NCBI GenBank assembly: GCA_030390025.1
Contig: JASTWF010000036.1
Span: 558,001 to 622,000 of the forward strand
Direction: 5' to 3'
Length of the DNA: 64,000 nt
From: Squalus acanthias
Lineage: Eukaryota
The position numbers and the translations under genes were made by a program. Of this stretch, positions 13,816-28,000 are shown one piece after another (position 1 is the first letter of the stretch; each line of letters opens with the position of its first letter). The notes under the pieces were generated by a model. It ran no database searches and had not been told where the DNA came from. It worked only from the letters and a program-made list of their open reading frames with translations.

Positions 13816-14164
13816 GATTGACAGTTCCTGTCCACACATCATTTTACGCCCTTTGATGAGCGCGGGCAGTGCGATAGGCGGTCTCGCGGGGAGCCTGTCC
13901 GAAGGGTTGCCTGTAGGCGAGTGAAGAGCAGAACACATGCGGGCAGATCCCACTGGGCAACTCAGGTCCAGGTTATCCAGACGGTAATCGTCTGACGAAA
14001 AGACAAGCTCAGTCAAGTCAAGTCTCGCCCGTTCACCACAAGGGGACGACTTTAAGTCTGTTGAGAAAACTTCCCCCTGTTCATTGGAGAGCGGTGAGGG
14101 GAACACCTTCTCTTCTCTCACTCTTTTCTCGCAACCTCTCAGTCTCTCCTGTCCTGTTTCGTTC

Positions 14165-15420
14165 CTGCACTGTCGGAGGGGCAGTACTGAGGGAGTGCCA
14201 CACTGTCTCAGGGGCAGTACTGAGGGAGCGCCACACTGTCGGAAGGGCGGTACTGAGGGAGCGCCGCACTGTCGGAAGGGCGGTACTGAGGGAGCGCCAC
14301 ACTGTCGGAAGGGCGGTACTGAGGGAGCGCCGCACTGTCGGAGGGGCGGTACTGAGGAAGCGCCGCACTGTCGGAGGGGCAATACTGAGGGAGCGCTGCA
14401 CTGTCGGAGGGGCGGTACTGAGGGAGCGCCGCACTGTCGGAGGGGCGGTACTGAGGGAGTGCCGCACTGTCGGAGGGGCAGTACTGAGGGAGCGCCGCAC
14501 TGTCGGAGGGCAGTACTGAGGGAGCGCCGCACTGTCGGAGGGCAGTACTGAGGGAGCGCCGCACTGTCGGAGGGGCAGTACTGAGGAAGCACCGCACTGT
14601 CGGAGGGGCAGTACTGAGGGAGCGCCGCACTGTCGGAGGGGCGGTACTGAGGGAGCGTCGCACTGTCGGAGGGGCAGTACTGAGAGAGCGCCGCACTGTC
14701 GGAGGGGCAGTACTGAGGGAGCGCCGCACTGTCGGAGGGGCAGTACTGAGGGAGCGCCGCACCTTCAGAGGGGCAATACTGAGGTAGCCCCGCACTGTCG
14801 GAGGGGCGGTACTGAGGGAGCGCTGTACTGTCGGAGGGGCAGTACTGAGGGAGCGTCGCACTGTCGGAGGGGCGGTACTGAGGGAGCGCCGCACTGTCGG
14901 AGGGGCAGTACTGAGGGAGCGCCGCACTGTCGGAGGGGCGGTACTGAGGGAGCGCCGCACTGTCGGAGGGGCGGTACTGAGGGAGCGCCGCACTGTCGGA
15001 GGGGCAGTACTGAGGGAGCGCCGCACTGTCGGAGGGGCAGTACTGAGGGAGCGCCGCACTGTCGGAGGGGCAGTACTGAGGGAGCACTGCACTGTCGGAG
15101 GGGCGGTACTGAGTGGGTGTCGGAGGGGCGGTACTGAGGGAGCGCCGCACTGTCGGAGGGGCAGTACCGAGGGAGCGCCGCACTGTCGGAGGGGCGGTAC
15201 TGAGGGAGCGTCGCACTGTCGGAGGGGCAGTACTGAGGTAGCGCCGCACTGTCGGAGGTGCCGTCGTTGATCATTTATCACGTTGCTGTTTGTGGGAGCT
15301 TGCTGTGCGCAAATTGTCTGCCGCGTTTCCCACATTACAACAGTGACTACACTTCATTCAAAGCACTTCATTGGCTGTGAAGCGCTTTGGGACGTCCTGA
15401 GCCGGTGAAAGGCGCCGGAG
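14165..15420 (+). mobile_element. Deu-domain SINE with ~1.1 kb 33-bp array
   Basis: 33-bp array followed by a partially deleted Deu core and 3' tail. Confidence 0.85.
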
Positions 15421-15429
15421 AAGTACCAT

Positions 15430-17460
15430 GTATTAGGCTTGTTAGGAAAACTGAAGCCCACGGGATAAAAGGGGCAATATGGATAGAAAATTGGCCAAGG
15501 GACAGAAAACAGAGAGTTGTGGTGAATGGCTGTTTTTCGGACCGGAGGGAGGTACACAGTGGCGTTCCCCAAGGTTCAGTACTGGGATCACTGCTGTTTT
15601 TGATGTACATTAATAACTTGGACTTGATGGTACAGGATAGAGTTTTGAAATTTACAGATGGCAGGAAACTTGCAAGTGTAGTGAAGAGTGAGGAGGAGAG
15701 TGATAGAGTTCTCCAGCACAGAAAGAGGCCCTTCGGCCCATCGTGTCCGCGCCGGCCATCAAGCCCTGTCTATCCTAATCCCATTTTCCAGCACTTGGTC
15801 CGTAGCCTTGTATGCTATGGCGTTTCAAGTGCTCATCTAAATGCTTCTTGAATGTTGTGAGGGTTCCTGCCTCTACCACCCTTTCAGGCAGTGAGTTCCA
15901 GATTCCAACCACCCTCTGGGTGAAAAAGTTTTTCCTCAAATCCCCTCTAAACCTCCTGCCCCCTTACCTTGAAACTATGCCCCCTGGTTATTGACCCCCT
16001 CTACTAAAGGGAAAAGTTCCTTTCTAACTACCCTACCTATGCCCCTCATAATTTTGTACACCTCAATCAGGTCCCCCTCCCCCAGCCTTCTCTGCTCCAA
16101 GGAAAACAACCCCAGCCTGTCCAGTCTCTCTTCATAGCTGAAGCGCATCCAGCCCAGGTAATATCCTGGTGAATGTCCTCTGCACCCTCTCCAATGCAAT
16201 CACATCCTTCCTATAGTGTGGCGACCAGAACTGCACACAGTATTCCAGCTGCGGCCTAACTAGCGCTTTGTACAGCTCCATCATAACCTCCCTGCTCTTA
16301 TATTCTATGCCTCGGCTAATGAAGGCAAGTATCCCATATGCCTTTTTAAACCACCTTATCTACCTGTCCTGCTGCCTTCAGGGATCTGTGTACATGCACA
16401 CCAAGGTCCCTCTGATCCTCTGTCCTTCCTAGGGCCCTACCATTTATTGTGTATTCCCTTGCCTTGTTAGTCCTCCCAAAATGCATCACCTCACACTTTT
16501 CAGGGTTAAATTCCATTTGCCAGTGTTCTGCCCGTCTGACCAACCCGTCTACATCGTCCTGTAGCCTGAGGCTTCCCTCCTCGACTTCAAGAGGGCGTAG
16601 GCAGGCTGGTGGAATGGGCGGACACGTGGCAGGTGAAATTTAACGCAGAAAAGTGCGAGGTGATACATTTTGGGAGGACGAATGAGGAGAGACCATACAT
16701 AGTAAATGTTAAAGGGGGTGCAAGAAGGGAGAGACCTTGGGGTGCTTGTGAACAAATCTTTCAAGGTGGCAGGACAGGTTAACGAAGCAATTAATAAAGA
16801 ATACGGGATCCTGGGCTTTATAAATAGAGGCGTAGAGTGCAAAAGCCAGGACTTTATGCTAAACCTTTATAAAACACTGCCGGAATATTGTGTCCAATTC
16901 TGGGCACCGCACTTTAGGAAGGACATGAAGGTTTTGGAGAGGGTGCAGAGGAGATTTACTAGAATGGTTCCAGGGGGATGAGGGACGCCAGTTACGGGGG
17001 GCGGGGGGGAGGGGGGGAGACTGGAGAAGCTGGGGCTGTTCTCCTTAGAGCAGAGAAGGTTAAGAGGAGATTTAATCGAGGCGTTCAGAATTATGAGGGG
17101 GTTTCGATACGAGTAGAGAGGGAGAAACTGTTTCCACTGGCAGGAGGGTCGGTAACCAGAGGACACAGATTGAAGATAATCGGCAAAAGAACCAGAGGGG
17201 GAGATGAGGAGATGTGTTTTTAACGCAGCGAGTTGTTGTGATCTGGAATGCGCTGCCTGAAAGGGCGGTGGGAGCAGATTCAATAGTAACTTTCAAAAGG
17301 GGAATTGGATAAATACTTGAAGGGGAAAAATTCACAGGGCTACGGGGGAAAGAGCAGGGGGGAGAGTGGGACTAATTGGAGAGCTCGTTCAAAGAGCCGG
17401 CACAGGCACGATGGGCCGAATGGCCTCCTCCTGCGCAGTATCATTTTATGATTCTGTGAT
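15430..17460 (+). mobile_element. CR1 RT fragment interrupted by an antisense CR1 (~15708-16583)
   Basis: Host GVPQGSVLG...EEESDR stops at ~15707 and resumes LQEGVGRLVEWADTWQVKFN at ~16585. The intervening - strand piece encodes HWQMEFNPEKCEVMHFG... to a 3' tail. Confidence 0.85.
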
Positions 17461-17549
17461 AAATACAAGATCTTGCTGGTTTCTAACTGAGAGCAAGTTC
17501 AGTCCTGCAATGTGCATCGTGTGGTTAGGATGCTGAGTCAGACCTCCCC

Positions 17550-17580
<31 letters not shown>

Positions 17581-17660
17581 AATGCTTCTTGAGGTTTCAC
17601 TCGTCACTCTGGCCCGAGCTCGCCTGCTCCACTGTCCTCACCCTCTTGCTCCTCCCGCAG

Positions 17661-17849
17661 TCGCGAGTCTCAGGGCGGCGGCCGATGGCGGAGAGCAGTC
17701 CAGCGCGGGAGCCGAGGAGCTGAAGGCCGGTGAGGGTCCCGAGAGTCCGGCGAAGGGGGAGCGGGAGCGGGCGGGGGAGAGGCCCACCGAGGAGGACGGG
17801 ATGGAGGCCCGGGGCCAATCCGGGCTGCCTCCCAGCCAGCACACTGCAG
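17661..17849 (+). CDS. ZEB2-like: Probable early ZEB coding exon (acidic, [22 protein letters not shown]...QHTA)
   Basis: Acceptor cctcccgcag, donor G|GTAAAC, 189 nt, phase 1-1, open, GC-rich and acidic. Position and phase fit the exon after the ZEB ATG exon, but sequence similarity is weak. Confidence 0.6.
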
Positions 17850-18999
17850 GTAAACTCGAGCAGAAGAAAGAGAGGAAAGAGAAGGAAGGATGGAAGGAAT
17901 GAAGGATGGATGGATGGAAGGATGGAAGGAAGGAATAAAGGATGGAAGGAATGAAGGAAGGATGGAAGGATGGATGGATGGAAGGAAGGAATAAAGGATG
18001 GAAGGAATGAAGGAAGGATGGAAGGATGGATGGATGGAAGGAAGGAATAAAGGATGGAAGGAATGAAGGAAGGATGGATGGATGGAAGGAATGAAGGATG
18101 GATGGAAGGAAGGAAGGAAGGATGGATGGAAGGAAGGAATGATGGAAGGAATGAAGGATGGATGGATAGAAGGAAGGAAGAAAGGATGGAAGGAAGGATG
18201 GAAGGAAGGAAGACTTCTCCAGCGCCTTTCACCACCTCAGGACGTCCCAAAGCGTTTCACAGCCAATGAAGTACTTTTGTGGAAGTGTAGTCACTGTTGT
18301 AATGTGGGAAACGCGGCAGCCAATTTGGGCACAGCAAGCTCCCACAAACAGCGACGTGAGAATGATCCAGATCATCCGTTTTTAGTAATGTTGGTCGAGG
18401 GATAAATATTGGCCCCAGGGCACCGGGGAGAAATCCCCCCCGCACCCCCCCCCCCCCCGCCCCACCCCAGCTCTTCTTCGACATACATCCACCTGAGAGG
18501 ACAGACGCGGGCCTCGGTTTTAACGTCTCATCCGAAAGACGGCAATAGTGAACCAGTCCTGTTTTTAACCACAATCCGTCGGACTTACCGTCACTTTTAA
18601 TGACAACAGCTTTTTTATCTCCAGGTTTCTGAAATGGAATTCAATTTCTCGCCCTCACGCTCTGTGGAGTATTCCCCCAGTAGCATAACCAATGCTGGCC
18701 CCATTCCTCTCCATTCCTCTTTCTGTCTTTGTCTGTCTCTCTCTGTCTCTCTCTCTCTCTCTCTCTGTCTGTCTGTCTCTTCCTCTCTCTGTATCTTCCT
18801 CTCTCTGTATCTTCCTCCCTCCCTCTCTGTCTCCCTCTCTGTCTCCCTCTCTGTCTCTCCCTCTCTGTCTCTCCCTTTCTGTCTCCCTCTCTCTCTCTGT
18901 CTCTGTCTCTCCCTTTCTGTCTCCCTCTCTCTCTCTGTCTCTGTCTCTGTCTCTCTGTCTGTCTGTCTCTCTCTCTCTGTCTCGCACTCGCACTCTCTT

Positions 19000-19060
<61 letters not shown>

Positions 19061-22000
19061 TTGTCTCTGTCTCTGTGTCTCTCTCTCTCTCTGTCTGTCT
19101 CTCTGTTTCTCTCTCTGTGTGTCTCTCTGTCTGTCTCTCTGTCTGTCTCTCTGTCTGTCTCTCTGTTTCTCTCTCTGTGTCTCTCTCTCTCTGTCTCTCT
19201 CTCTCTCTCTGTGTCTCTCTCTCTGTCTCTCTCTCTGTCTCTCTCTCTCTCTCTCTGTGTCTCTCTCTCTGTCTCTCTGTCTGTCTCTCTGTTTCTCTCT
19301 CCGTGTCTCTCTCTCTGTCTCTCTGTCTCTCTCTCCCCTCACTCCAGTGTTGACTCAAACCCCTTTCTCATGACTCAGGATTTTTTTCCCCTCTACTTCT
19401 GATAATGAAAACAAAGTGTCAGATACCACAACACCAGCTTGTATTTATACAGCGCCTTTAACGTAGTAAAACGTCTCAAGGTGCTTTACAGGAGCATTAA
19501 TCAAACAAAATCTGACCCCGAGCCACATAAGGAGATATAAGGACAGGTGACCAAAGAGGGAGGTTTTAAGGAGCGTCTTAAAGGAGGAGAGAGAGAGAGG
19601 CGGAGAGGTTTAGGGAGGGAATTCCAGAGCTTTTAGGGCCCAGGCGGCTGAAGGCACGGCCGCCAATGGTGGAGCGATGGAAATCGGGGGGATGCTCAAG
19701 AGGCCAGAATTAGAGGAGCGCAGAGATCACGGAGGGTTGTAGGGGGCTGGAGGAGGTTACAGAGATAGGGAGGGTTGTAGGGGGCTGGAGGAGGTTACAG
19801 AGATAGGGAGGGTTGTAGGGGGCTGGAGGAGGTTACAGAGATAGGGAGGGTTGTAGGGGCTGGAGGAGGTTACAGAGATAGGGAGGGTTGTAAGGGGGCT
19901 GGAGGAGGTTACAGAGATAGGGAGGGTTGTAGGGGCTGGAGGAGGTTACAGAGATAGGGAGGGTTGTAGGGGCGGGAGGAGGTTACAGAGATAGGGAGGG
20001 TTGCAGGGGCTGGAGGAGGTTAGAGATAGGGAGGGTTGTAGGGGGCTGGAGGAGGTTACAGAGATAGGGAGGGTTGTAGGGGGCTGGAGGAGGTTACAGA
20101 GATAGGGAGGGTTGTAGGGGCTGGAGGAGGTTACAGAGATAGGGAGGGTTGTAAGGGGGATGGAGGAGGTTACAGAGATAGGGAGGGTTGTAGGGGCTGG
20201 AGGAGGTTACAGAGATAGGGAGGGTTGTAGGGGCGGGAGGAGGTTACAGAGATAGGGAGGGTTGCAGGGGCTGGAGGAGGTTACAGAGATAGGGAGGGTG
20301 TAGGGGGCTGGAGGAGGTTACAGAGATAGGGAGGGTGTAGGGGGCTGGAGGAGGTTACAGAGATAGGGAGGGTTGTAGGGGCTGGAGGAGGTTACAGAGA
20401 TAGGGAGGGTTGTAGGGGGCTGGAGGAGGTTACAGAGATAGGGAGGGTTGTAGGGGCTGGAGGAGGTTACAGAGATAGGGAGGGTGTAGGGGGCTGGAGG
20501 AGGTTACAGAGATAGGGAGGGTTGTAGGGGCTGGAGGAGGTTACAGAGATAGGGAGGGTTGTAGGGGCTGGAGGAGGTTACAGAGATAGGGAGGGTTGTA
20601 GGGGCTGGAGGAGGTTACAGAGATAGGGAGGGTTGTCGGGGCTGGAGGAGGTTACAGAGATAGGGAGGGTTGTAGGGGGCTGGAGGAGGTTACAGAGATA
20701 GGGAGGGTTGTAGGGGCTGGAGGAGGTTACAGAGATAGGGAGGGTTGTCGGGGGCTGGAGGAGGTTACAGAGATAGGGAGGGTGTAGGGGGCTGGAGGAG
20801 GTTACAGAGATAGGGAGGGTTGTAGGGGCTGGAGGAGGTGACAGAGATAGGGAGGGTGTAGGGGCTGGAGGAGGTTACAGAGATAGGGAGGGTTGTAGGG
20901 GCTGGAGGAGGTTACAGAGATAGGGAGGGTTGTAGGGGCTGGAGGAGGTTACAGAGATAGGGAGGTTTGTAGGGGCTGGAGGAGGTTACAGAGTGTGCAG
21001 CCGTGAATCTTTACTCAGCATGACCGATCTTTGAGTCAATCTATGGTTCTCTCTTAAAACAAGAGTGAAAATGGTCTGTTTGTTTTTTTTCGAGATGAAA
21101 GCGGGTTGAAATCCACGCAGAATAATCTCTGAATCTCAGAGCAGGGGGCCTGGGAAAAACTCTTTGCGACTGCCTTGGGGTTAACCTCAATACTCTCTAA
21201 ATTAACAGCGTGCAAGGCAGGCATGTTTACAGGCCACTTGAGCTGCGTGCCGTCACCGAGGGGAGCAGTGAGCTCGGTTCCCTGATAGATTTTATTGTGC
21301 AGCCAAGAAGCTGCGACGCACAGCAGTGACCCTGTCTCCTGCTGAGTGCCCTGCATCAAAGGCGCCATTGTACACAAGCTTCTCCCCCGTCGCCATGGTG
21401 TCACATGTCACCGTGCAGCCCGGGGAAAGACCAGACAACGCTCCAGGTTCCATTCCCGGACCTGTGCGGAACAGGGCCGACCAATAGGGGGCGCTACAAT
21501 TGGATCACCAATAGGGGGCACTATAATTGGGTCATCAATAGTGGGCGTTATAATTGGGTCATCAATAGGGTCGCTATAATTGGATCACCAATAGGGGGCA
21601 CTATAATTGGGTCATCAATAGTGGGCGTTATAATTGGGTCATCAATAGGGTCGCTATAATTGGATCACCAATAGGGGGCACTATAATTGGGTCATCAATA
21701 GGGGGCACTATAATTGGATCACCAATAGGGGGCACTATAATTGGGTCATCAATAGGGGGCACTATAATTGGATCACCAATAGGGGGCACTATAATTGGAT
21801 CACCAATAGGGGGGCGCTACAATTGGATCACCAAGAGGGGGCGCTACAATTGGATCACCAATAGGGGGCGCTATAATTGGATCACCAATAGGGGCACTAT
21901 AATTGGGTCATCAATAGGGGGCACTATAATTGGATCACCAATAGGGGCGCTATAATTGGGTCATCAATAGGGGCGCTATAATTGGGTCATCAATAGGGGG

Positions 22001-25000
22001 CACTATGATTGGATCACCAATAGGGGGCACTATAATTGGGTCATCAATAGGGGGCAGTATGATTGGATCACCAATAGGGGGCACTATAATTGGATCACCA
22101 ATAGGGGGCACTATGATTGGATCACCAATAGGGGGCACTATAATTGGATCACCAATAGGGGCGCTATAATTGGATCACCAATAGGGGCGCTATAATTGGG
22201 TCATCAATAGGGGCGCTATAATTGGGTCATCAATAGGGGGCACTATGATTGGATCACCAATAGGGGGCACTATAATTGGGTCATCAATAGGGGGCAGTAT
22301 GATTGGATCACCAATAGGGGGCACTATAATTGGATCACCAATAGGGGGCACTATGATTGGATCACCAATAGGGGGCACTATAATTGGATCACCAATAGGG
22401 GCACTATAATTGGGTCATCAATAGGGGGCACTATAATTGGGTCACCAATTGGGGCGCTATAATTGGGTCATCAATAGGGGGCACTATGATTGGATCACCA
22501 ATAGGGGGCACTATAATTGGATCACCAATAGGGGGCGCTATAATTGGGTCATCAATAGGGGGCGCTATAATTGGGTCATCAATAGGGGGCACTATGATTG
22601 GATCACCAATAGGGGGCGCTACAATTGGATCACCAAGAGGGGGCACTATGATTGGATCACCAATAGGGGGCGCTATAATTGGATCACCAATAGGGGGCAC
22701 TATGATTGGATCACCAATAGGGGGCACTATGATTGGATCACCAATAGGGGGCGCTATAATTGGATCACCAATAGGGGGCGCTATAATTGGATTACCAATA
22801 GGGGGCGCTATAATTGGATCACTAATAGGGGGCGCTATAATTGGGTCATCAATAGTGGGCGTTATAATTGGGTCATCAATAGGGGGCACTATAATTGGGT
22901 CATCAATAGTGGGCGTTATAATTGGGTCATCAATAGGGGGCACTATAATTGGGTAATCAATAGGGGGTGCTATAATTGGATTACCAATAGGGGCCCTATA
23001 ATTGGATCACCAATAGAGGGCACTATAATTGGGTCATCAATAGTGGGCGTTATAATTGGGTCATCAATTGGGGGTGCTATAATTGGATCACCAATAGGGG
23101 GTGTTATAATTGGGTCATCAATAGGGGGCACCATAATTGGGTCATCAATAGGGGGCACTATAGTTGGATCACCAATAGGGGGCACTATAATTGGGTCATC
23201 AATAGGGGGCACTATAATTGGATCACCAATAGGGGGCACTATAATTGGGTCATCAATAGGGGGCACTATAATTGGATCACCAATAGGGGGCACTATAATT
23301 GGGTCATCAATAGGGGGCACTATAATTGGATCACCAATAGGGGGCACTATAATTGGGTCATCAATAGGGGGCACTATAATTGGATCACCAATAGAGGGCC
23401 CTATAATTGGGTCATCAATAGGGGGCACTATAATAGGATCACCAATAGGGGGCACTATAATTGGATCACCAATAGAGGGCGCTATAATTGGATCATCAAT
23501 AGGGGGCGCTATAATTGGATCACCAATAGGGGGCGCTATAATTGGATCATCAATAGGGGGCACTATAATTGGGTCATCAATAGGGGGCAGTATGATTGGA
23601 TCACCAATAGGGGGCACTATAATTGGATCACCAAGAGAGGGCACTATAATTGGATCACCAATAGGGGGCACTATGATTGGATCACCAATAGGGGGCACTA
23701 TAATTGGATCACCAATAGGGGCACTATAATTGGATCACCAATAGGGGGCACTATGATTGGATCACCAATAGGGGCACTATAATTGGATCACCAATAGGGG
23801 CACTATAATTGGATCACCAATAGGGGGCACTATGATTGGATCACCAATAGGGGCACTATAATTGGGTCATCAATAGGGGGCACTATAATTGGATCACCAA
23901 TAGGGGGCACTATGATTGGATCACCAATAGGGGGCACTATAATTGGATCACCAATAGGGGCACTATAATTGGATCACCAATAGGGGGCACTATGATTGGA
24001 TCACCAATAGGGGGCGCTATAATTGGGTCATCAATAGGGGGCGCTATAATTGGGTCATCAATAGGGGGCACTATGATTGGATCACCAATAGGGGGCGCTA
24101 CAATTGGATCACCAAGAGGGGGCACTATGATTGGATCACCAATAGGGGGCGCTATAATTGGATCACCAATAGGGGGCACTATGATTGGATCACCAATAGG
24201 GGGCGCTATAATTGGATTACCAATAGGGGGCGCTATAATTGGATCACCAACATGGGGCGCTATAATTGGATCACTAATAGGGGGCGCTATAATTGGGTCA
24301 TCAATAGTGGGCGTTATAATTGGGTCATCAATAGGGGGCACTATAATTGGGTCATCAATAGTGGGCGTTATAATTGGGTCATCAATAGGGGGCACTATAA
24401 TTGGGTAATCAATAGGGGGCGCTATAATTGGATTACCAATAGGGGCCCTATAATTGGATCACCAATAGAGGGCGCTATAATTGGGTCATCAATAGTGGGC
24501 GTTATAATTGGGTCATCAATTGGGGGTGCTATAATTGGATCACCAATAGGGGGTGTTATAATTGGGTCATCAATAGGGGGCACCATAATTGGGTCATCAA
24601 TAGGGGGCACTATAGTTGGATCACCAATAGGGGGCACTATAATTGGGTCATCAATAGGGGGCACTATAATTGGATCACCAATAGAGGGCCCTATAATTGG
24701 GTCATCAATAGGGGGCACTATAATAGGATCACCAATAGGGGGCACTATAATTGGATCACCAATAGAGGGCGCTATAATTGGATCATCAATAGGGGGCGCT
24801 ATAATTGGATCACCAATAGGGGGCGCTATAATTGGATCATCAATAGGGGGCGCTATAATTGGGTCATCAATAGGGGGCACTATAATTAGATCACCAATAG
24901 GGGGCGCTACAATTGGATCACCAATAGGGGGCACTATAATTGGATCACCAATAGGGGGCACTATAATTGGATCACCAATAGGGGGCACTATAATTGGATC

Positions 25001-28000
25001 ACCAATAGGGGGCACTATAATTGGATCACCAATAGGGGGGCGCTATAATTGGATCACCAATAGGGGGCACTATAATTGGATCACCAATAGGGGGCACTAT
25101 AATTGGATCACCAATAGGGGGGCGCTATAATTGGGTCATCAATAGGGGGCGCTATAATTGGATCACCAATAGGGGCACTATAATTGGATCACCCGCAGGA
25201 GACGCTACGATTGGACCAGTATGTCGGGGGGCTCGCCATGCTGCATGAGGTGTGAATGAACTTATGGTCACGCGGTGTGCTATTCCCGGCCAATCTGAAC
25301 AATGCCTGCACGGGCTCGACGGGCCGAATGGCCTCCTTCAGTGCCGTAACCATTCTATGCACCGCCGTATCGGGGCTGACACCTCTCCCACACTCCAGGT
25401 CCCAGTACGCGACACAGCTCGGCATCTGTTACACGGCCCCACTCTCAACTCTGGCCTCTCTCAAAGTTACTTGTTTCCTGTCTCTCTGGTCAATGCTCCT
25501 AAATTCAAAATACTCATTCCTACATGTTCATACAGGGCTATGGGGAGAGAGCGGGGCAGTGGGATTAGTTTGGGGATTGATACAGGGCTATGGGGAGAGA
25601 GCGGGGCAGTGGGATTAGTTTGGGGATTGATACAGGGCTATGGGGAGAGAGCGGGGCAGCGGGATTAGTTTGGGATTGATACAGGGCTGTGGGGAGAGAG
25701 CGGGGCAGTGGGATTAGTTTGGGGAGAGAGCGGGGCAGTGGGATTAGTTTGGGGATTGATACAGGGCTATGGGGAGAGAGCGGGGCAGCGGGATTAGTTT
25801 GGGATTGATACAGGGCTATGGGGAGAGAGCGGGGCAGCGGGATTAGTTTGGGATTGATACAGGGCTGTGGGGAGAGAGCGGGGCAGTGGGATTAGTTTGG
25901 GATTGATACAGGGCTGTGGGGAGAGAGCGGGGCAGTGGGATTAGTTTGGGATTGATACAGGGCTGTGGGGAGAGAGCGGGGCAGTGGGATTAGTTTGGGA
26001 TTGATACAGGGCTATGGGGAGAGAGCGGGGCAGTGGGATTAGTTTGGGATTGATACAGGGCTGTGGGGAGAGAGCGGGGCCGCCCATGAATGAACAAAAA
26101 TTGCTCTGTCACGAACTAATTGCCCTGCAGTCTTTCTGATACAAAGCTTCCCACTCACTTGCATTCAGTTTCCATTTAATCAACTCCTTCAAATCGGAAC
26201 GGGTTCTCCACCGAGCCCAAATCCCTCCAACATCCCGCCCGTGTAAAAGCTGGCTCGCGAATCCATTCACTGTAGAGCAAATTCGGAGCACATGACCCCG
26301 CAGTGGGATTTACCCAGGGACTCGACAGGGGACTAGCCCTGTTGACACACATCATAACGAGGTGGTGTAAGTTTGTGAAATGACAAGACTGTGCCCTCTC
26401 CTTCCCGGAACAAATAAAAGCTACTTATTCGCAAAGATACAATTCTGACGGTTAAAGAAAACAAAGATCTGCAGCTGCCTTTCCCCACCTCAGGACGTCC
26501 CAAAGCGCTTTCACAGCCTTTTTTTTGAAGTGTGGTCACTGTTGTAATGTAGGAAACGCGGCAGCTGATTTGGGCACAGCAAGCTCCCACAAACAGCAAT
26601 GTGATAAATGACTGGGTCATCTGATTCTTTAGTGATGGTGGTTGAGGGATAAATATTGGCCCCGGGACACCGGGGAGATCTCCACCCTACTCTTCTTCGA
26701 AATAGTGGCCGTGGGATCTTTTACATTCCCCTGAGAGGGCAGACGGGGCCTTGGTTTAATGTCTCATCCGAAAGACTGCCCCTCCGACTGTGCGGCGCTC
26801 CCTCAGCACTGCCCCCTCCGACAGTGAGGCACTCCCTTAGTACTGCCCCTCCGACAGTGCAGCGCTCCCTCAGTACTGCCCCCTCCGACAGTGTGGCGCT
26901 CCCTCAGTACTGCCCCTCCGACAGTGCGGCGCTCCCTCAGTACCGCCCCTCCGACAGTGCGGCGCTCCCTCAGTACCGCCCCTCCGACAGTCGCCGCTCC
27001 CTCAGCACTGCCCCTCCGACAGTGCGGCGCTCCCTCAGTACTGCCCCCGACAGTGCGGCGCTCCCTCAGCACTGCCCCTCCGACAGTGCGGTGCTCCCTC
27101 AGCACTGCCCCTCCGACAGTGCGGCGCTCCCTCAGTACTGCCCCTCCGACAGTGCGCCGCTCCCTCAGTACTGTCCCTACACAGTCCGGTGCTCCCTCAG
27201 TACTGTCCCTCCGACAGTGCGGCACTCCCTCAGTACTGCCCCTCCGACAGTGCGCCGCTCCCTCAGTACCGCCCCTCCGACAGTGCGGCGCTCCCTCACT
27301 ACTGCCCCTCCGACAGTGCGGCGCTCCCTCAGTACTGCCCCTCCGACAGTGCGGCGCTCCCTCAGTACAGCCCCTCCGACAGTGCGGCGCTCCCTCAGTA
27401 CAGCCCCTCCGACAGTGCGGCGCTCCCTCAGCACTGCCCCTTAGACAGTGCGGCGCTCCCTCAGTACCGCCCCTCCGACAGTGCGGCACTCCCTCAGTAC
27501 CGCCCCTCCGACAGTGCGGCGCTCCCTCAGTACTGCCCCTCCGACAGTGCGGCGCTTCCTCAGTATTGCCCCTCCGACAGTGCGGAGCTCCCTCAGTCCC
27601 GCCCCTCCGACAGTGCGGCGCTCCCTCAGTACCGCCCCTCCGACAGTGCGGCGCTCCCTCAGTACTGCCCCTCCGACAGTGCGGCGCTCCCTCAGTACTG
27701 CCCCTCCGACAGTGCGGCGCTCCCTCAGTACTGCCCCTCCGACAGTGCGACGCTCCCTCAGTACTGCCCCTCCGACAGTGCGGCTCTCCCTCAGTACCGC
27801 CCCTCCGACAGTGCGGCACTCCCTCAGTACCGCCCCTCCGACAGCGCGGCGCTCCCTCAGCACTGCCCCTTAGACAGTGCGGCGCTCCCTCAGTACCGCC
27901 CCTCCGACAGCGCGGCGCTCCCTCAGTACTGCACCGGGAGTGTTGGCCCGGATTATGGGGCTCAAGTCTCTGGAGTGGGGGCTCGAACCCACAACCTTCT

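Noticed and set aside
18625..18720. Good acceptor (ttttttatctccag) as an extra ZEB exon
   Set aside because: The required phase-1 frame hits TGA at once; no donor or homology.
22431..25130. IIGSPIGGT / PPIGDPIIV repeat proteins
   Set aside because: Artefacts of the 27-bp array, with frequent single-base frame slips.
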